From positions 9,874 through 73,873 of IMG/VR virus record IMGVR_UViG_3300028293_000005: a DNA stretch of 64,000 nucleotides, one strand, 5' to 3'. Made by a program: the position numbers and the translations under genes. Under the pieces are notes generated by a model. It was not told where the DNA came from, made no database searches, and worked only from the letters and a program-made list of their open reading frames with translations. This stretch comes from a virus (Duplodnaviria > Caudoviricetes). Each line of letters opens with the position of its first letter. The first letter of the stretch is position 1. Positions 9,977 through 18,321 of this stretch are shown here, piece by piece.

Positions 9977-10911
9977 ACAAGGAATCCAAAATCTATGTGG
10001 CCGGTCACCGGGGGCTCGTGGGCGACGCCCTGTTTCGCCAGCTCGGGGCGCGCGGCTACCGGAACGTGGTCACAGCCACTCGGTCAGAAGTAGACCTCAC
10101 GGACCCGACGCAGGTGAAGTGGTTTTTCTCCGTGCACCGGCCCGAGTATGTTTTCCTGGCGGCTGCCCACGTCGGCGGCATCCTGGCCAACGACCAGAAC
10201 CGCGTGGACTTTCTCACGAAGAACCTCGCGATTCAAAACAACGTCATCCTGAACGCGGCCGAATACGGCGTGAAGAAGCTCCTCTTTCTGGGCAGCTCGT
10301 GCATATATCCGAAGGACTCCGCGCAGCCCATCAAACCCGAGGCGCTGTTGACCGGCGCGTTCGAGCCCACGACCGAGGCCTACGGAATTGCGAAGGTGGC
10401 CGGCATTCGCCTGTGCCAGTATCTGCGCGACGAGCGCGGGCTGAACTTCATCTGCGCGCAGCCGTGCAATTTATACGGCGGCGGGGACCGTTTTGACAGC
10501 GTCCGCTCGCACGTGGTGCCGGGGCTCCTGACCAGAATGCACACCGCCAAGAAAATCGGGATGCGGGAGCTGGACGTGTGGGGCGACGGCTCGGCCCAGC
10601 GGGAACTTCTCTATGCGGACGACTTGGCCCGCGCGTGCTTGGTCCTCATGCATGAATACGACGGGCGCGAGGTCGTGAATACCGGCAGCAGCGACGAATG
10701 GACTATCAAAGCGATTGCCGAGCAGGTGGCCGAGACCGTCGGATTCAAGGGCTGGCTGTTTTTCGATTCGTCCAAACCGACGGGCGTCCAGCGAAAAGTC
10801 CTCGACAACACCGTAATCCGGTCGCTGGGCTGGTCGCCGAAGGTGGCGTTCCCCGAGGGCCTGAAGCTGACCTACGCGCAGTATTTGCAGCGGCACGTGA
10901 ACGGGGCTTGA
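9973..10911 (+). CDS. fcl: GDP-L-fucose synthase
   Basis: GHRGLVG, FLAAAHVGGILAN, LGSSCIYPK, EAYGIAK, PCNLYG, SHVVP, VWGDGSAQRE all intact; ATG at 9973. Confidence 0.95.
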   Translation: MNKESKIYVAGHRGLVGDALFRQLGARGYRNVVTATRSEVDLTDPTQVKWFFSVHRPEYVFLAAAHVGGILANDQNRVDFLTKNLAIQNNVILNAAEYGVKKLLFLGSSCIYPKDSAQPIKPEALLTGAFEPTTEAYGIAKVAGIRLCQYLRDERGLNFICAQPCNLYGGGDRFDSVRSHVVPGLLTRMHTAKKIGMRELDVWGDGSAQRELLYADDLARACLVLMHEYDGREVVNTGSSDEWTIKAIAEQVAETVGFKGWLFFDSSKPTGVQRKVLDNTVIRSLGWSPKVAFPEGLKLTYAQYLQRHVNGA

Positions 10912-10936
10912 CATTTCCGGATTTTGTGGCACTGGT
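10908..10936 (+). promoter_or_regulatory. Phage-type promoter TTGACA-N16-CACTGGT
   Basis: Exact 16-nt spacer; ATG at 10946. Confidence 0.75.
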
Positions 10937-10945
10937 AATAGTGAC

Positions 10946-11329
10946 ATGAGACGGAAAAATACAGAGAACATGACGGAGGACCAGTGGTGGGACCACCAGA
11001 TGGACCGCGCCCTCAAACGCAACTGGCAACGCATTCTTCGCCATTACGGCCGCGAATGGGAGCCCTTCGAACCCGGGGACGACGTGAAGGTATCCGCCGG
11101 CCAGGAACATTTTTGGTGCGAGATACTTACCCGCGACCCGGATACGGGGGAATATCTGGCCGCGGTTTGTAACCATCTGGTTGCGGACCTGATGGGAGCC
11201 AAGAAAAAGCACTACATGCAATATGGGGACTTCTTGTTTTTACGGTCCTGTCAGGTGCGGGACGTAGTGCGAGAAGGGGCCAAAATTCGGGAAGAACGCG
11301 AGTCCAAAGACGGAGGGTTCGCGGAATGA
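10946..11329 (+). CDS. Hypothetical protein with DUF2314-like C-terminal part
   Basis: GDDVKV..EHFW.EI..GEY.A.VCN.L..YGD pattern; own promoter. Confidence 0.5.
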   Translation: MRRKNTENMTEDQWWDHQMDRALKRNWQRILRHYGREWEPFEPGDDVKVSAGQEHFWCEILTRDPDTGEYLAAVCNHLVADLMGAKKKHYMQYGDFLFLRSCQVRDVVREGAKIREERESKDGGFAE

Positions 11330-11778
11330 AGTGCCCCCGTTGTAATTGTGACAAGCCGCCAGAGGACTTCGGCAAGGACCGCAGCCGCCCGAATAGGCAT
11401 CAGACTTATTGCAAGCCTTGTGCGGTTGAAGTTCAAGAGGAGTATTTGGCACGCAATCCCGCCCAGGTCGAAGAAAATAAGCGGCGCGTTAAGGCGCGTC
11501 GCGATGAATTGGGCCGGAAGTTCAACCTTCTTAAAGCGGAACGCGGATGTTATGACTGTGGAGGACATTTTCCGCCGGAGGCCTTGGATTGGGACCATCG
11601 CCCAGGAACAGTCAAGCTGTTTCATGTTTCGGACTCTTATGGAACCCGAAGCTTTGAATCCATCGTGGATGAAATAGCAAAATGCGACCTCGTGTGCGCG
11701 TGTTGTCATAGGGTTAGAACGAAAAAGCGAATGGCACTTGACAAATCGATAAATTTCTTCACTTCTTCAGTGACCTAA
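11326..11778 (+). CDS. HNH-like endonuclease, type A (copy 1 of 3)
   Basis: CYDC..LDWDH..EIAKCDLVCACCHRVRT; N-terminal CxxC zinc finger. Confidence 0.8.
   Translation: MKCPRCNCDKPPEDFGKDRSRPNRHQTYCKPCAVEVQEEYLARNPAQVEENKRRVKARRDELGRKFNLLKAERGCYDCGGHFPPEALDWDHRPGTVKLFHVSDSYGTRSFESIVDEIAKCDLVCACCHRVRTKKRMALDKSINFFTSSVT
11738..11766 (+). promoter_or_regulatory. Phage-type promoter TTGACA-N16-CACTTCT for MCP
   Basis: Exact 16-nt spacer; inside the 3' end of the HNH gene, 143 nt before the MCP ATG. Confidence 0.75.
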
Positions 11779-11908
11779 GGGCTTCTTGGTCGGAAGCAAT
11801 CGGCCTAATCTGTCTGCGGCTGGCCGGCGCGGGCAGGGTAACTTCGCAGCCCCATTGCGAGGAAAAAACCGTAAGCGGTTCTGCCGCTTAAATTAGAAAG
11901 GCTCTCAA

Positions 11909-13189
11909 ATGAGTGCTGATTGCAATGCTCCGGACGTAATTTCCGAAATTGCTCAAAAAGACGTGTCCCGCCTCGTAGGGACGGTCGCCAAGACATTGGC
12001 CGCGAACAGCGTGTTCATCAATGTCATCGGCGGAGGTGTCTTCCCCTCAGGGGTTTCCGACGAGATTCGTTTCCCCGTTCAAATGCAGGCCGCTCCTGGC
12101 GACTCGCTGGCCCTCCCCACTTTTCAGTGCGACACTGAAGTTTGCGGAACCAACGGAATCCAGGATTTGACCGACGCGATTGATTTTACCGCCCGCTTGG
12201 AAACAAAGCGTGGTCGTGGTCCTCGCGTATGCGTAAAGAAAGGCTACAGCGCCTTTAAGTCTTCGTATCTCTCTGCGGAAGATTCACTTAGGAAGCTTGT
12301 CACGCAGTATGTCAACGCGGACATCCGCGCCCAGCTCTACCTGCGCAGCGCCTCGAAATTCAACGCCGTCGCCGGCTTTGATTTTGATTCTCTGTTCACT
12401 GGCGGTGTCGAAACGGACCTCGGCGTCCAGTTCGCCCCCCTGTTGCCAACGGGTCCGCTGAGCTTCAAGGCTCTGCACTACGTCACCCGGTTCGTCAAGG
12501 AAGCGTTGTTCGCCTCCATGTTCGACAGCGAAGGCAAAGGAATGCCCCACGCTCGTTTCATCGGCAGCTCCGACATCATCGAGAGTTTCCGTAACGAAAT
12601 CGGCGTGAAAGAAATCCTCATCGGTCTCACGACCGGCGGCTACAAGCTGGGCGAGCAATCGGTCAGCGCGTATCAGTTCGAGGAAGCTCCGGCCTACCGC
12701 GGCATCGCGTTTGGTGTTGACCAGCGCCCGTTGCGTGCGACCGGATTCGACGGTAACGGCAACCTGATTTTGGTTGACCCCGTCGTGAACGTCCCGAACC
12801 TCACCAAGAACACGGCTTACGCCAAGGTCAATCCCGCGTGGTTGGCTGCGGATTTTGAAGTCGGGTTCCTGATGTTCGACAACACCTTCAATCGGCTCGT
12901 GCCCGAGAAGTATGTTGGCGAAGGCACCTTCAAGTTTGCCCCTCAGCTTCACATGGGTGAGCTGGAATGGCATTACATCATCGACAACGACTGTAACCAG
13001 TTCGGTGACTTCGGTTGGCACAAGTATCAGATTACTCGTGCGTATCAGCCGATTCGGCCTCAGCACGTTGTTCCCATCCTGTATCGGCGCTGCCAAGCGG
13101 ACCTCGGTCTGCCGGACTGCACCGTGACGGACAGTTCGAGCTTCTCCGGAAGCGACTCGTTTGCCACCTTGGGAGTCTGCGACTCCTAA
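11909..13189 (+). CDS. Major capsid protein (putative)
   Basis: 426 aa, high-expression codon bias, dedicated promoter upstream and hairpin downstream, position after scaffold. Confidence 0.75.
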   Translation: MSADCNAPDVISEIAQKDVSRLVGTVAKTLAANSVFINVIGGGVFPSGVSDEIRFPVQMQAAPGDSLALPTFQCDTEVCGTNGIQDLTDAIDFTARLETKRGRGPRVCVKKGYSAFKSSYLSAEDSLRKLVTQYVNADIRAQLYLRSASKFNAVAGFDFDSLFTGGVETDLGVQFAPLLPTGPLSFKALHYVTRFVKEALFASMFDSEGKGMPHARFIGSSDIIESFRNEIGVKEILIGLTTGGYKLGEQSVSAYQFEEAPAYRGIAFGVDQRPLRATGFDGNGNLILVDPVVNVPNLTKNTAYAKVNPAWLAADFEVGFLMFDNTFNRLVPEKYVGEGTFKFAPQLHMGELEWHYIIDNDCNQFGDFGWHKYQITRAYQPIRPQHVVPILYRRCQADLGLPDCTVTDSSSFSGSDSFATLGVCDS

Positions 13190-13206
13190 GCTGGGTCTGT
13201 AGGGTC

Positions 13207-13238
13207 TTGCCGGCGAGACTAACCTCTCGCCGGCAAGT
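13207..13238 (+). terminator. Hairpin after MCP (terminator or processing site)
   Basis: CTTGCCGGCGAGA-ctaacc-TCTCGCCGGCAAG, 13-bp perfect stem; weak U-tract. Confidence 0.65.
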
Positions 13239-13262
13239 TAAACAATCAACCAACACAAAATT

Positions 13263-13463
13263 ATGACCTACGTTGAAGCTCAAGCTGCGCTGCTCGCACT
13301 CGGACACGACCTCAGCCTTACCGGGCTCGAAGGCCGCTCCGTCTCCGGGCTGTTGCAGGAAATTCTCATTGCCGGCGGGTCCGCTATCACGGACAAGAGC
13401 GTCGGCTCCGACTGGGATAATCAGCTCGTCACTGCCCTCGGCATTGACACGCCCATTACCTGA
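13263..13463 (+). CDS. Small virion-associated hypothetical protein
   Basis: A-rich leader then ATG; same codon bias as MCP. Confidence 0.65.
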   Translation: MTYVEAQAALLALGHDLSLTGLEGRSVSGLLQEILIAGGSAITDKSVGSDWDNQLVTALGIDTPIT

Positions 13464-13475
13464 CCAATTTGGGTT

Positions 13476-13503
13476 TGAGGGGTATTATATATAATACCCC
13501 TCA
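13476..13503. repeat. 28-bp perfect palindrome TGAGGGGTATTATATATAATACCCCTCA
   Basis: Read directly; extends by TTGGG/CCCAA arms and is followed by CCTTTTT. Confidence 0.9.
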
Positions 13504-13520
13504 CTCCCAACCTTTTTCTG

Positions 13521-13721
13521 ATGTTCGACAACATCAAAGTTTCCGGAGCCGCCCTGCTCGGGTTTGGTTCCCCTCTCGCAAACCTTTTCATCGACACGAG
13601 CATGCCATTTTTGAACGCGCTGGTGTTGGTCGGACAAATCTCCGTGGCCGCGGTGACCACGTGGTATATTTTCCGCAAGGCTCAAGCACTTCATCGCGAC
13701 AACAAAAAGGACAAGAAGTAA
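13521..13721 (+). CDS. Holin-like small membrane protein
   Basis: 66 aa, hydrophobic segments, basic C-terminus RDNKKDKK. Confidence 0.5.
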   Translation: MFDNIKVSGAALLGFGSPLANLFIDTSMPFLNALVLVGQISVAAVTTWYIFRKAQALHRDNKKDKK

Positions 13722-13924
13722 TGAACGCTTACAATGACCCCAAAGATATCGCTGGGGCAATCCTGGAGGCCGCTATCGGCATTACCTATAGCACCTCCGA
13801 TGATTACGTGAACTTGGCCCGCAAGACGGCCATCGCGCTTGGCGTGCCGGCTCACAAGGTGAACTACGCGGAACTCGGGACCATCCTGAACTTGATTAAG
13901 GAAGCGTCTCCAATCATCTCGTAA
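13721..13924 (+). CDS. Small hypothetical virion protein
   Basis: TAATG overlap with previous stop; 67 aa. Confidence 0.6.
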   Translation: MNAYNDPKDIAGAILEAAIGITYSTSDDYVNLARKTAIALGVPAHKVNYAELGTILNLIKEASPIIS

Positions 13925-14077
13925 ATGCTCTGGCCGGACCACAGCCCGAAGTGGGGCGACTCCGAGAACACACTTCTCGCGAAGTGGCTGGAGAGTCTCG
14001 GCGGCGAAGCCGAGCCCGGCGACTCGGACCACCGGCTCCTATACAAAATCGCGCTGCAGCTGAGCATCATGTTTTAA
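13925..14077 (+). CDS. 50-aa protein made of two PxxxD...LLxK modules (not in ORF track)
   Basis: Hand translation MLWPDHSPKWGDSENTLLAKWLESLGGEAEPGDSDHRLLYKIALQLSIMF; abuts both neighbours. Confidence 0.65.
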   Translation: MLWPDHSPKWGDSENTLLAKWLESLGGEAEPGDSDHRLLYKIALQLSIMF

Positions 14078-14081
14078 TCCT

Positions 14082-14858
14082 ATGGACACGACCCCTCGAT
14101 ACAACGACCCGGACAACACGCTGCTGAAGAAGATTTGTCTTCTGCTCCAAGGCGGGGTCGCGTCTGGCGTTCTCTCTTTCAACGCGCGCACCGGCGCGGT
14201 TTCGCTGACCTCCGGCGACGTGACCGGCGCTCTGGGCTACACTCCCGCGAACAAGGCCGGCGACACCTTTTCTGGCCCACTTACGGTGCCGGCGCTGACA
14301 TCCACCGGGGCCGTCACGGTCGGCGTGGACGGAACCGACAATGGAATCTTAGTTGTGGACCCCGACGCGGCGAGCCCGGTGTTGCTGACCCGTCACGTGG
14401 CGGATAACGCTCCGGCGATTCTTCGGATACAGAAGAAGGGCACGACTGGGAATGCGAACAACCCGGTGGCCGCGAACGACAACTTGGGCCGCATCGATTT
14501 TTATGGCTGGGACGGCACGGGATATTTTCCCGGTGCGGTGGTTCAGCTCACCGCGAACCAGACTTTTACCGGCTCGGCGCACGGCGGCCGGCTGACCGTC
14601 AATGTGGTCGCCAATGGCGCGACGGCTACCACGGAAATGGCCCGCTTCACCGCGGGCGCGCTGGACCTGCGGAACGGAGCCGTTCTGCAATCGGCCGGCA
14701 CCCAGGTCGTGGACTCCCGAAAGACGGGCTGGACCGCAGCCACGGGCACCGCGGCCCGCACGACTTTTGCTACCAGCACGGTGACGCTGGAAATCCTCGC
14801 TCAACACGTCAAGGCATTGATTGACGACTTAATCAGTCATGGGCTTATCGGAGCATAA
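14082..14858 (+). CDS. Fibre/spike protein
   Basis: VLSFNARTGAVSLTSGDVTGALGYTPANKAGDTF fibre repeat; C-terminal trimer-type helix VKALIDDLISHGLI. Confidence 0.7.
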   Translation: MDTTPRYNDPDNTLLKKICLLLQGGVASGVLSFNARTGAVSLTSGDVTGALGYTPANKAGDTFSGPLTVPALTSTGAVTVGVDGTDNGILVVDPDAASPVLLTRHVADNAPAILRIQKKGTTGNANNPVAANDNLGRIDFYGWDGTGYFPGAVVQLTANQTFTGSAHGGRLTVNVVANGATATTEMARFTAGALDLRNGAVLQSAGTQVVDSRKTGWTAATGTAARTTFATSTVTLEILAQHVKALIDDLISHGLIGA

Positions 14859-15385
14859 TGAAACTATTCGTCCTACTCACGACGGTTGCTCTGCTGGCCG
14901 GCTGCTCGATTCTTCCGCTGAAGCCCGGTAACGCGTCCATTACGGACGGTCACAAGGTGATTCAGGTTCATCAGTCGCAGAATCCGAAGGATTCGACGAT
15001 TCAGGATTACAAGCGCGTGACGGATTCCACCGGCGTAACGACTGAAGAAGTCCACACGAAAATCGGTGCCGCGCAAAAAGACACCGCGCGCGAAGTCGCC
15101 GCGAAGCTGTCTTCTCTCAAAGGAATCGTCTGGGTGGGCGTGCTGCTTTTCCTATTCGGCGCAGCCAGCGCGGTTTATCCGCCGCTGAAGCTTTTGGTGG
15201 GCGGCAGCGTGACGACCAGCGCGGTGATTGCTGCGGCCGGTCTTGCGCTCATCGTTTTGCCGACTCTGATTGTCGGACATGAACTGCTCATTCTCGCGAG
15301 CGCGGTGGGCTTGGCCGGATGGTGGTTCTTCGCCCATCGGCACGGAGTTTTGCGCGGGCAGGTGACGGAACTACTCAAGAAATAA
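14858..15385 (+). CDS. Lipoprotein with C-terminal transmembrane helices (spanin-like architecture)
   Basis: Signal with lipobox LAGC; about three hydrophobic helices at the C-terminus. Confidence 0.6.
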   Translation: MKLFVLLTTVALLAGCSILPLKPGNASITDGHKVIQVHQSQNPKDSTIQDYKRVTDSTGVTTEEVHTKIGAAQKDTAREVAAKLSSLKGIVWVGVLLFLFGAASAVYPPLKLLVGGSVTTSAVIAAAGLALIVLPTLIVGHELLILASAVGLAGWWFFAHRHGVLRGQVTELLKK

Positions 15386-15388
15386 TTT

Positions 15389-15853
15389 ATGCCTTACGCA
15401 GACCCAGTGGTTCGACGCAAAAAGGGAAACGAATACTCCAGAAAATGGAGGGCGAACAATCCTGAAAAAGTTACGAAAGGGCATCGTGCTTGGAGGAAAC
15501 GAAATTTGATTAGCCGGGCCGCATCCATGCAACTCTACAGGGACAGACATCCGTTGGTGTCGCAAGTTCGGTCGCGAATCGCGAATGTTTTGTCCGGGAG
15601 AACAAAAACCGCGTCAACTCTAGAACTTCTGGCAATGCCTTGGAAGGAGTATCGAATCTATTTGCAGGGCCAGTTTCATTCTGGAATGGCGTGGAATAAT
15701 TATGGTGTGCTGTGGGAAGTAGACCACGTCAGACCTTGCGCAAGTTTTGATTTAAAAGACCCGGCACAGCAGCGGGAATGTTTTCATTGGTCTAATACTC
15801 AGCCGATGCTGACCTCGGAAAATCGGAGCAAGGGGGCACGATATGTCATGTAA
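15389..15853 (+). CDS. HNH-like endonuclease, type B (copy 1 of 2)
   Basis: WEVDHVRPCASFDL..CFHWSNTQPM..ENRSKG. Confidence 0.8.
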   Translation: MPYADPVVRRKKGNEYSRKWRANNPEKVTKGHRAWRKRNLISRAASMQLYRDRHPLVSQVRSRIANVLSGRTKTASTLELLAMPWKEYRIYLQGQFHSGMAWNNYGVLWEVDHVRPCASFDLKDPAQQRECFHWSNTQPMLTSENRSKGARYVM

Positions 15854-17003
15854 TAATTGCAATGATTGTGATTGCGGCGGGTGCGGCGGCGCGGATTGCA
15901 ATACTACGTTTCCCTCGAATTGCGGGTCGCAATTACAAAATCCATGTCGTTCTTGTCCCCCGAACTCTGCGGACTGTGAAACTTTGCCAAGCGCACTTCA
16001 AAACTTTGTAGACGCTTTTTTCGGCTCCGTCACGAAGACGGAGATAAATGGGGAAGTGCGGTGGATTTTACCTTGTAATTTGGATATTGGACTGCCGGGG
16101 AACCCCCGAGCGGATGGGGAAGGTTTAAGTTGCTACTTTTTAAGATTATTTCGCGACGGCATCAATGGGCTCGAAGGCCCGACTGGTGCGCCCGGCGCGG
16201 CCGGCGCGGCTGGGCCGACTCCCTGGACAATTTTGCTTACGGCGTTCGTGCAGCCCTCCTCCGGCGGCACGGTGAACTTCAATATCGTGGACTCCCCCAC
16301 GGTGACCGTCGGCCAGACGGTTTTCATCCCCGGCTCCGGTTATTACATCGTGACGAGCCGAGTGTCGAACTCGGTCTTCGCGCAACTAATTTCCGCCGTC
16401 CCCTCGCCCAACGCGGTGACCGTGCCCGGCACGATTGTCATCCCGACGGGGCCACAGGGGCTCACGATTACCGGACCAACGGGCGCGCCGGGAACGCCGG
16501 GACCAAACGGCCCGCAAGGACCAACGGGGCCTACTGGCGCAGGCGGCGCCACTGGACCGACGGGGCCGACGGGAGCGGTGACCACGAACCAAAACGGTCA
16601 GGTCGTCATCACGGGCGCCACGGATTTTGCCGTGGACAACACGGACCAGAAAATTACGTTCGGAACGGACGACCCCGAGGTCAACCTTCCGGTCGCCGGG
16701 ACCTATTGGGTCATCGCGCGGTTCCGGTGTTTTAACGACGTCGGCAGCGGAAACAACCTGGGCTGGGATTTTTATCTGAACAACCAAACCACGGCGACTC
16801 CTGTGCCCGGCGGCGAGCACCCCGACGTGATTATTTTCAACACCGGCGGCTCGAACCACACGAACTACGTGCACATCTGGGCGCTGGTCACTACGTCCGC
16901 GGACAATCAAATCATCGACGTTCATGTTACGTCGGAGAGCGCAGATTCGCCACAAACGATTTTCCAGGACGGCTCGAACATCGCGTATATCCGATTGCAA
17001 TGA
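15843..17003 (+). CDS. Collagen-like virion fibre with Cys-rich N-terminus
   Basis: Cys-rich start, two Gly-X-Y tracts, C-terminal beta-sandwich-like domain. Confidence 0.75.
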   Translation: MSCNNCNDCDCGGCGGADCNTTFPSNCGSQLQNPCRSCPPNSADCETLPSALQNFVDAFFGSVTKTEINGEVRWILPCNLDIGLPGNPRADGEGLSCYFLRLFRDGINGLEGPTGAPGAAGAAGPTPWTILLTAFVQPSSGGTVNFNIVDSPTVTVGQTVFIPGSGYYIVTSRVSNSVFAQLISAVPSPNAVTVPGTIVIPTGPQGLTITGPTGAPGTPGPNGPQGPTGPTGAGGATGPTGPTGAVTTNQNGQVVITGATDFAVDNTDQKITFGTDDPEVNLPVAGTYWVIARFRCFNDVGSGNNLGWDFYLNNQTTATPVPGGEHPDVIIFNTGGSNHTNYVHIWALVTTSADNQIIDVHVTSESADSPQTIFQDGSNIAYIRLQ

Positions 17004-17209
17004 GCGACTGCACGCATCCAATTCAACGCGACCCGGAAAACGATTTGTCTTTCCCGTGCTCCAAGCGCGGCTCGACGAAGATTTTGCCCGGACGCACGCT
17101 GCCCGCGCGCATCATCGTCAACCAGACTGATGACGTGCTGCAGGACGAAGACGGCTTTCCGATTCTGGACGAGGTCACCGGCGAAACCATTCACGACGAT
17201 TTACGATAA
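17000..17209 (+). CDS. Small fibre adaptor-like protein
   Basis: ATGA overlap; acidic LQDEDGFPILDE motif typical of fibre attachment segments. Confidence 0.55.
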   Translation: MSDCTHPIQRDPENDLSFPCSKRGSTKILPGRTLPARIIVNQTDDVLQDEDGFPILDEVTGETIHDDLR

Positions 17210-18321
17210 TGAAAGTTAGCCAATACGTAAACGGCGCCGAAGCGAATCCCGAGGGGTGGCTTTTCATCGCGGAAAAGCAGCCGCCGGGCGCCCCGAAGCC
17301 TTACATCACGAAGAAAATTGCGCCTGACAAACTCGGTGCCGTGGGTCCAGCTGGGCCGCAAGGGCTGCCGGGCGCGGCCGGCGCTACCGGCCCTACCGGC
17401 GCGCAAGGCGCGAGCGGGGCTCCTGGTCCGACGGGCGCAACCGGCGCACAAGGCGCGGACAGCTCGGACGAGTGGGTGCACCCCGACGGGTTTTCGGTGG
17501 ACCTGTTCGAGGAATACCCGCAGGGTGCGATTGTCGCGCCCAACGGCGGGTTCGGCTGGGACACGGCCGGCGTTGTCTCGGGCGGAACCATCGTGCAACG
17601 CAACATCGCGAACGGCCGCACCGAAAAACGGCTGAGCCTAAACAACGGCGAGTTCGCGCGCAAGCTGTATATCGGCAGCGACTGGCACCGGCTACGCATC
17701 GCGCTTTTGCTACGCGTCAATGGCGCGACCACTTTTACTGCGAACGGATTCATCGGACTTTGCTCGGGCACCGCGAACCCCTTCGGGGGAAACACGGACA
17801 ACGCAATCGGGGCTTACTTCGACCCGGCTAGCGTCGGCTCATGGGTGTTCACGAACGGCGTGACAAAAGATTTTTTCGCGCAGAGCGTCAGCACGCGTTT
17901 CGTCACGAAGCGTGGAGTGGGCGCCCCGGTAGACCATGGAGTCGGCGCCGGGTCCGACGGTCGTCGATTCGCCTCTACCGAAGCTCTGCGCACGATGTTT
18001 TTCCTCGAAGTCGCGCGGCCGGTGTTCGCCACCTCGGCGACGTCAGTTGCGTATTCGTGGGGCATGCGCTCGACCAACGCGACCAACGCAGAATTTTCGC
18101 TCAGCAAGCGTTCGCTTTTCGATGTTGCGCTCGACAGCGCGAACAACAGCGGCTTGGCGCAGGACGACACAATCGTCACGGTGACGGGCTCCGGGTCCAC
18201 GACGGTCGCGGCCAGCTTTAACGACGACGAGAGCACGGGGGCTTTTGACACGCTCAACATTCGTTGGGACGGCACGCATCCGTTGGAAATCTGCGGCATG
18301 GCGGTCCACAAAATTTACTGA
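17209..18321 (+). CDS. Collagen-like fibre / receptor-binding protein 1
   Basis: Short Gly-X-Y tract then about 290-aa domain paralogous to the next gene. Confidence 0.75.
   Translation: MKVSQYVNGAEANPEGWLFIAEKQPPGAPKPYITKKIAPDKLGAVGPAGPQGLPGAAGATGPTGAQGASGAPGPTGATGAQGADSSDEWVHPDGFSVDLFEEYPQGAIVAPNGGFGWDTAGVVSGGTIVQRNIANGRTEKRLSLNNGEFARKLYIGSDWHRLRIALLLRVNGATTFTANGFIGLCSGTANPFGGNTDNAIGAYFDPASVGSWVFTNGVTKDFFAQSVSTRFVTKRGVGAPVDHGVGAGSDGRRFASTEALRTMFFLEVARPVFATSATSVAYSWGMRSTNATNAEFSLSKRSLFDVALDSANNSGLAQDDTIVTVTGSGSTTVAASFNDDESTGAFDTLNIRWDGTHPLEICGMAVHKIY

Noticed and set aside
13476-13503. Palindrome as a protelomerase telomere site
   Set aside because: No protelomerase in the window, and the site sits mid-operon with a U-tract; kept only as a minor alternative
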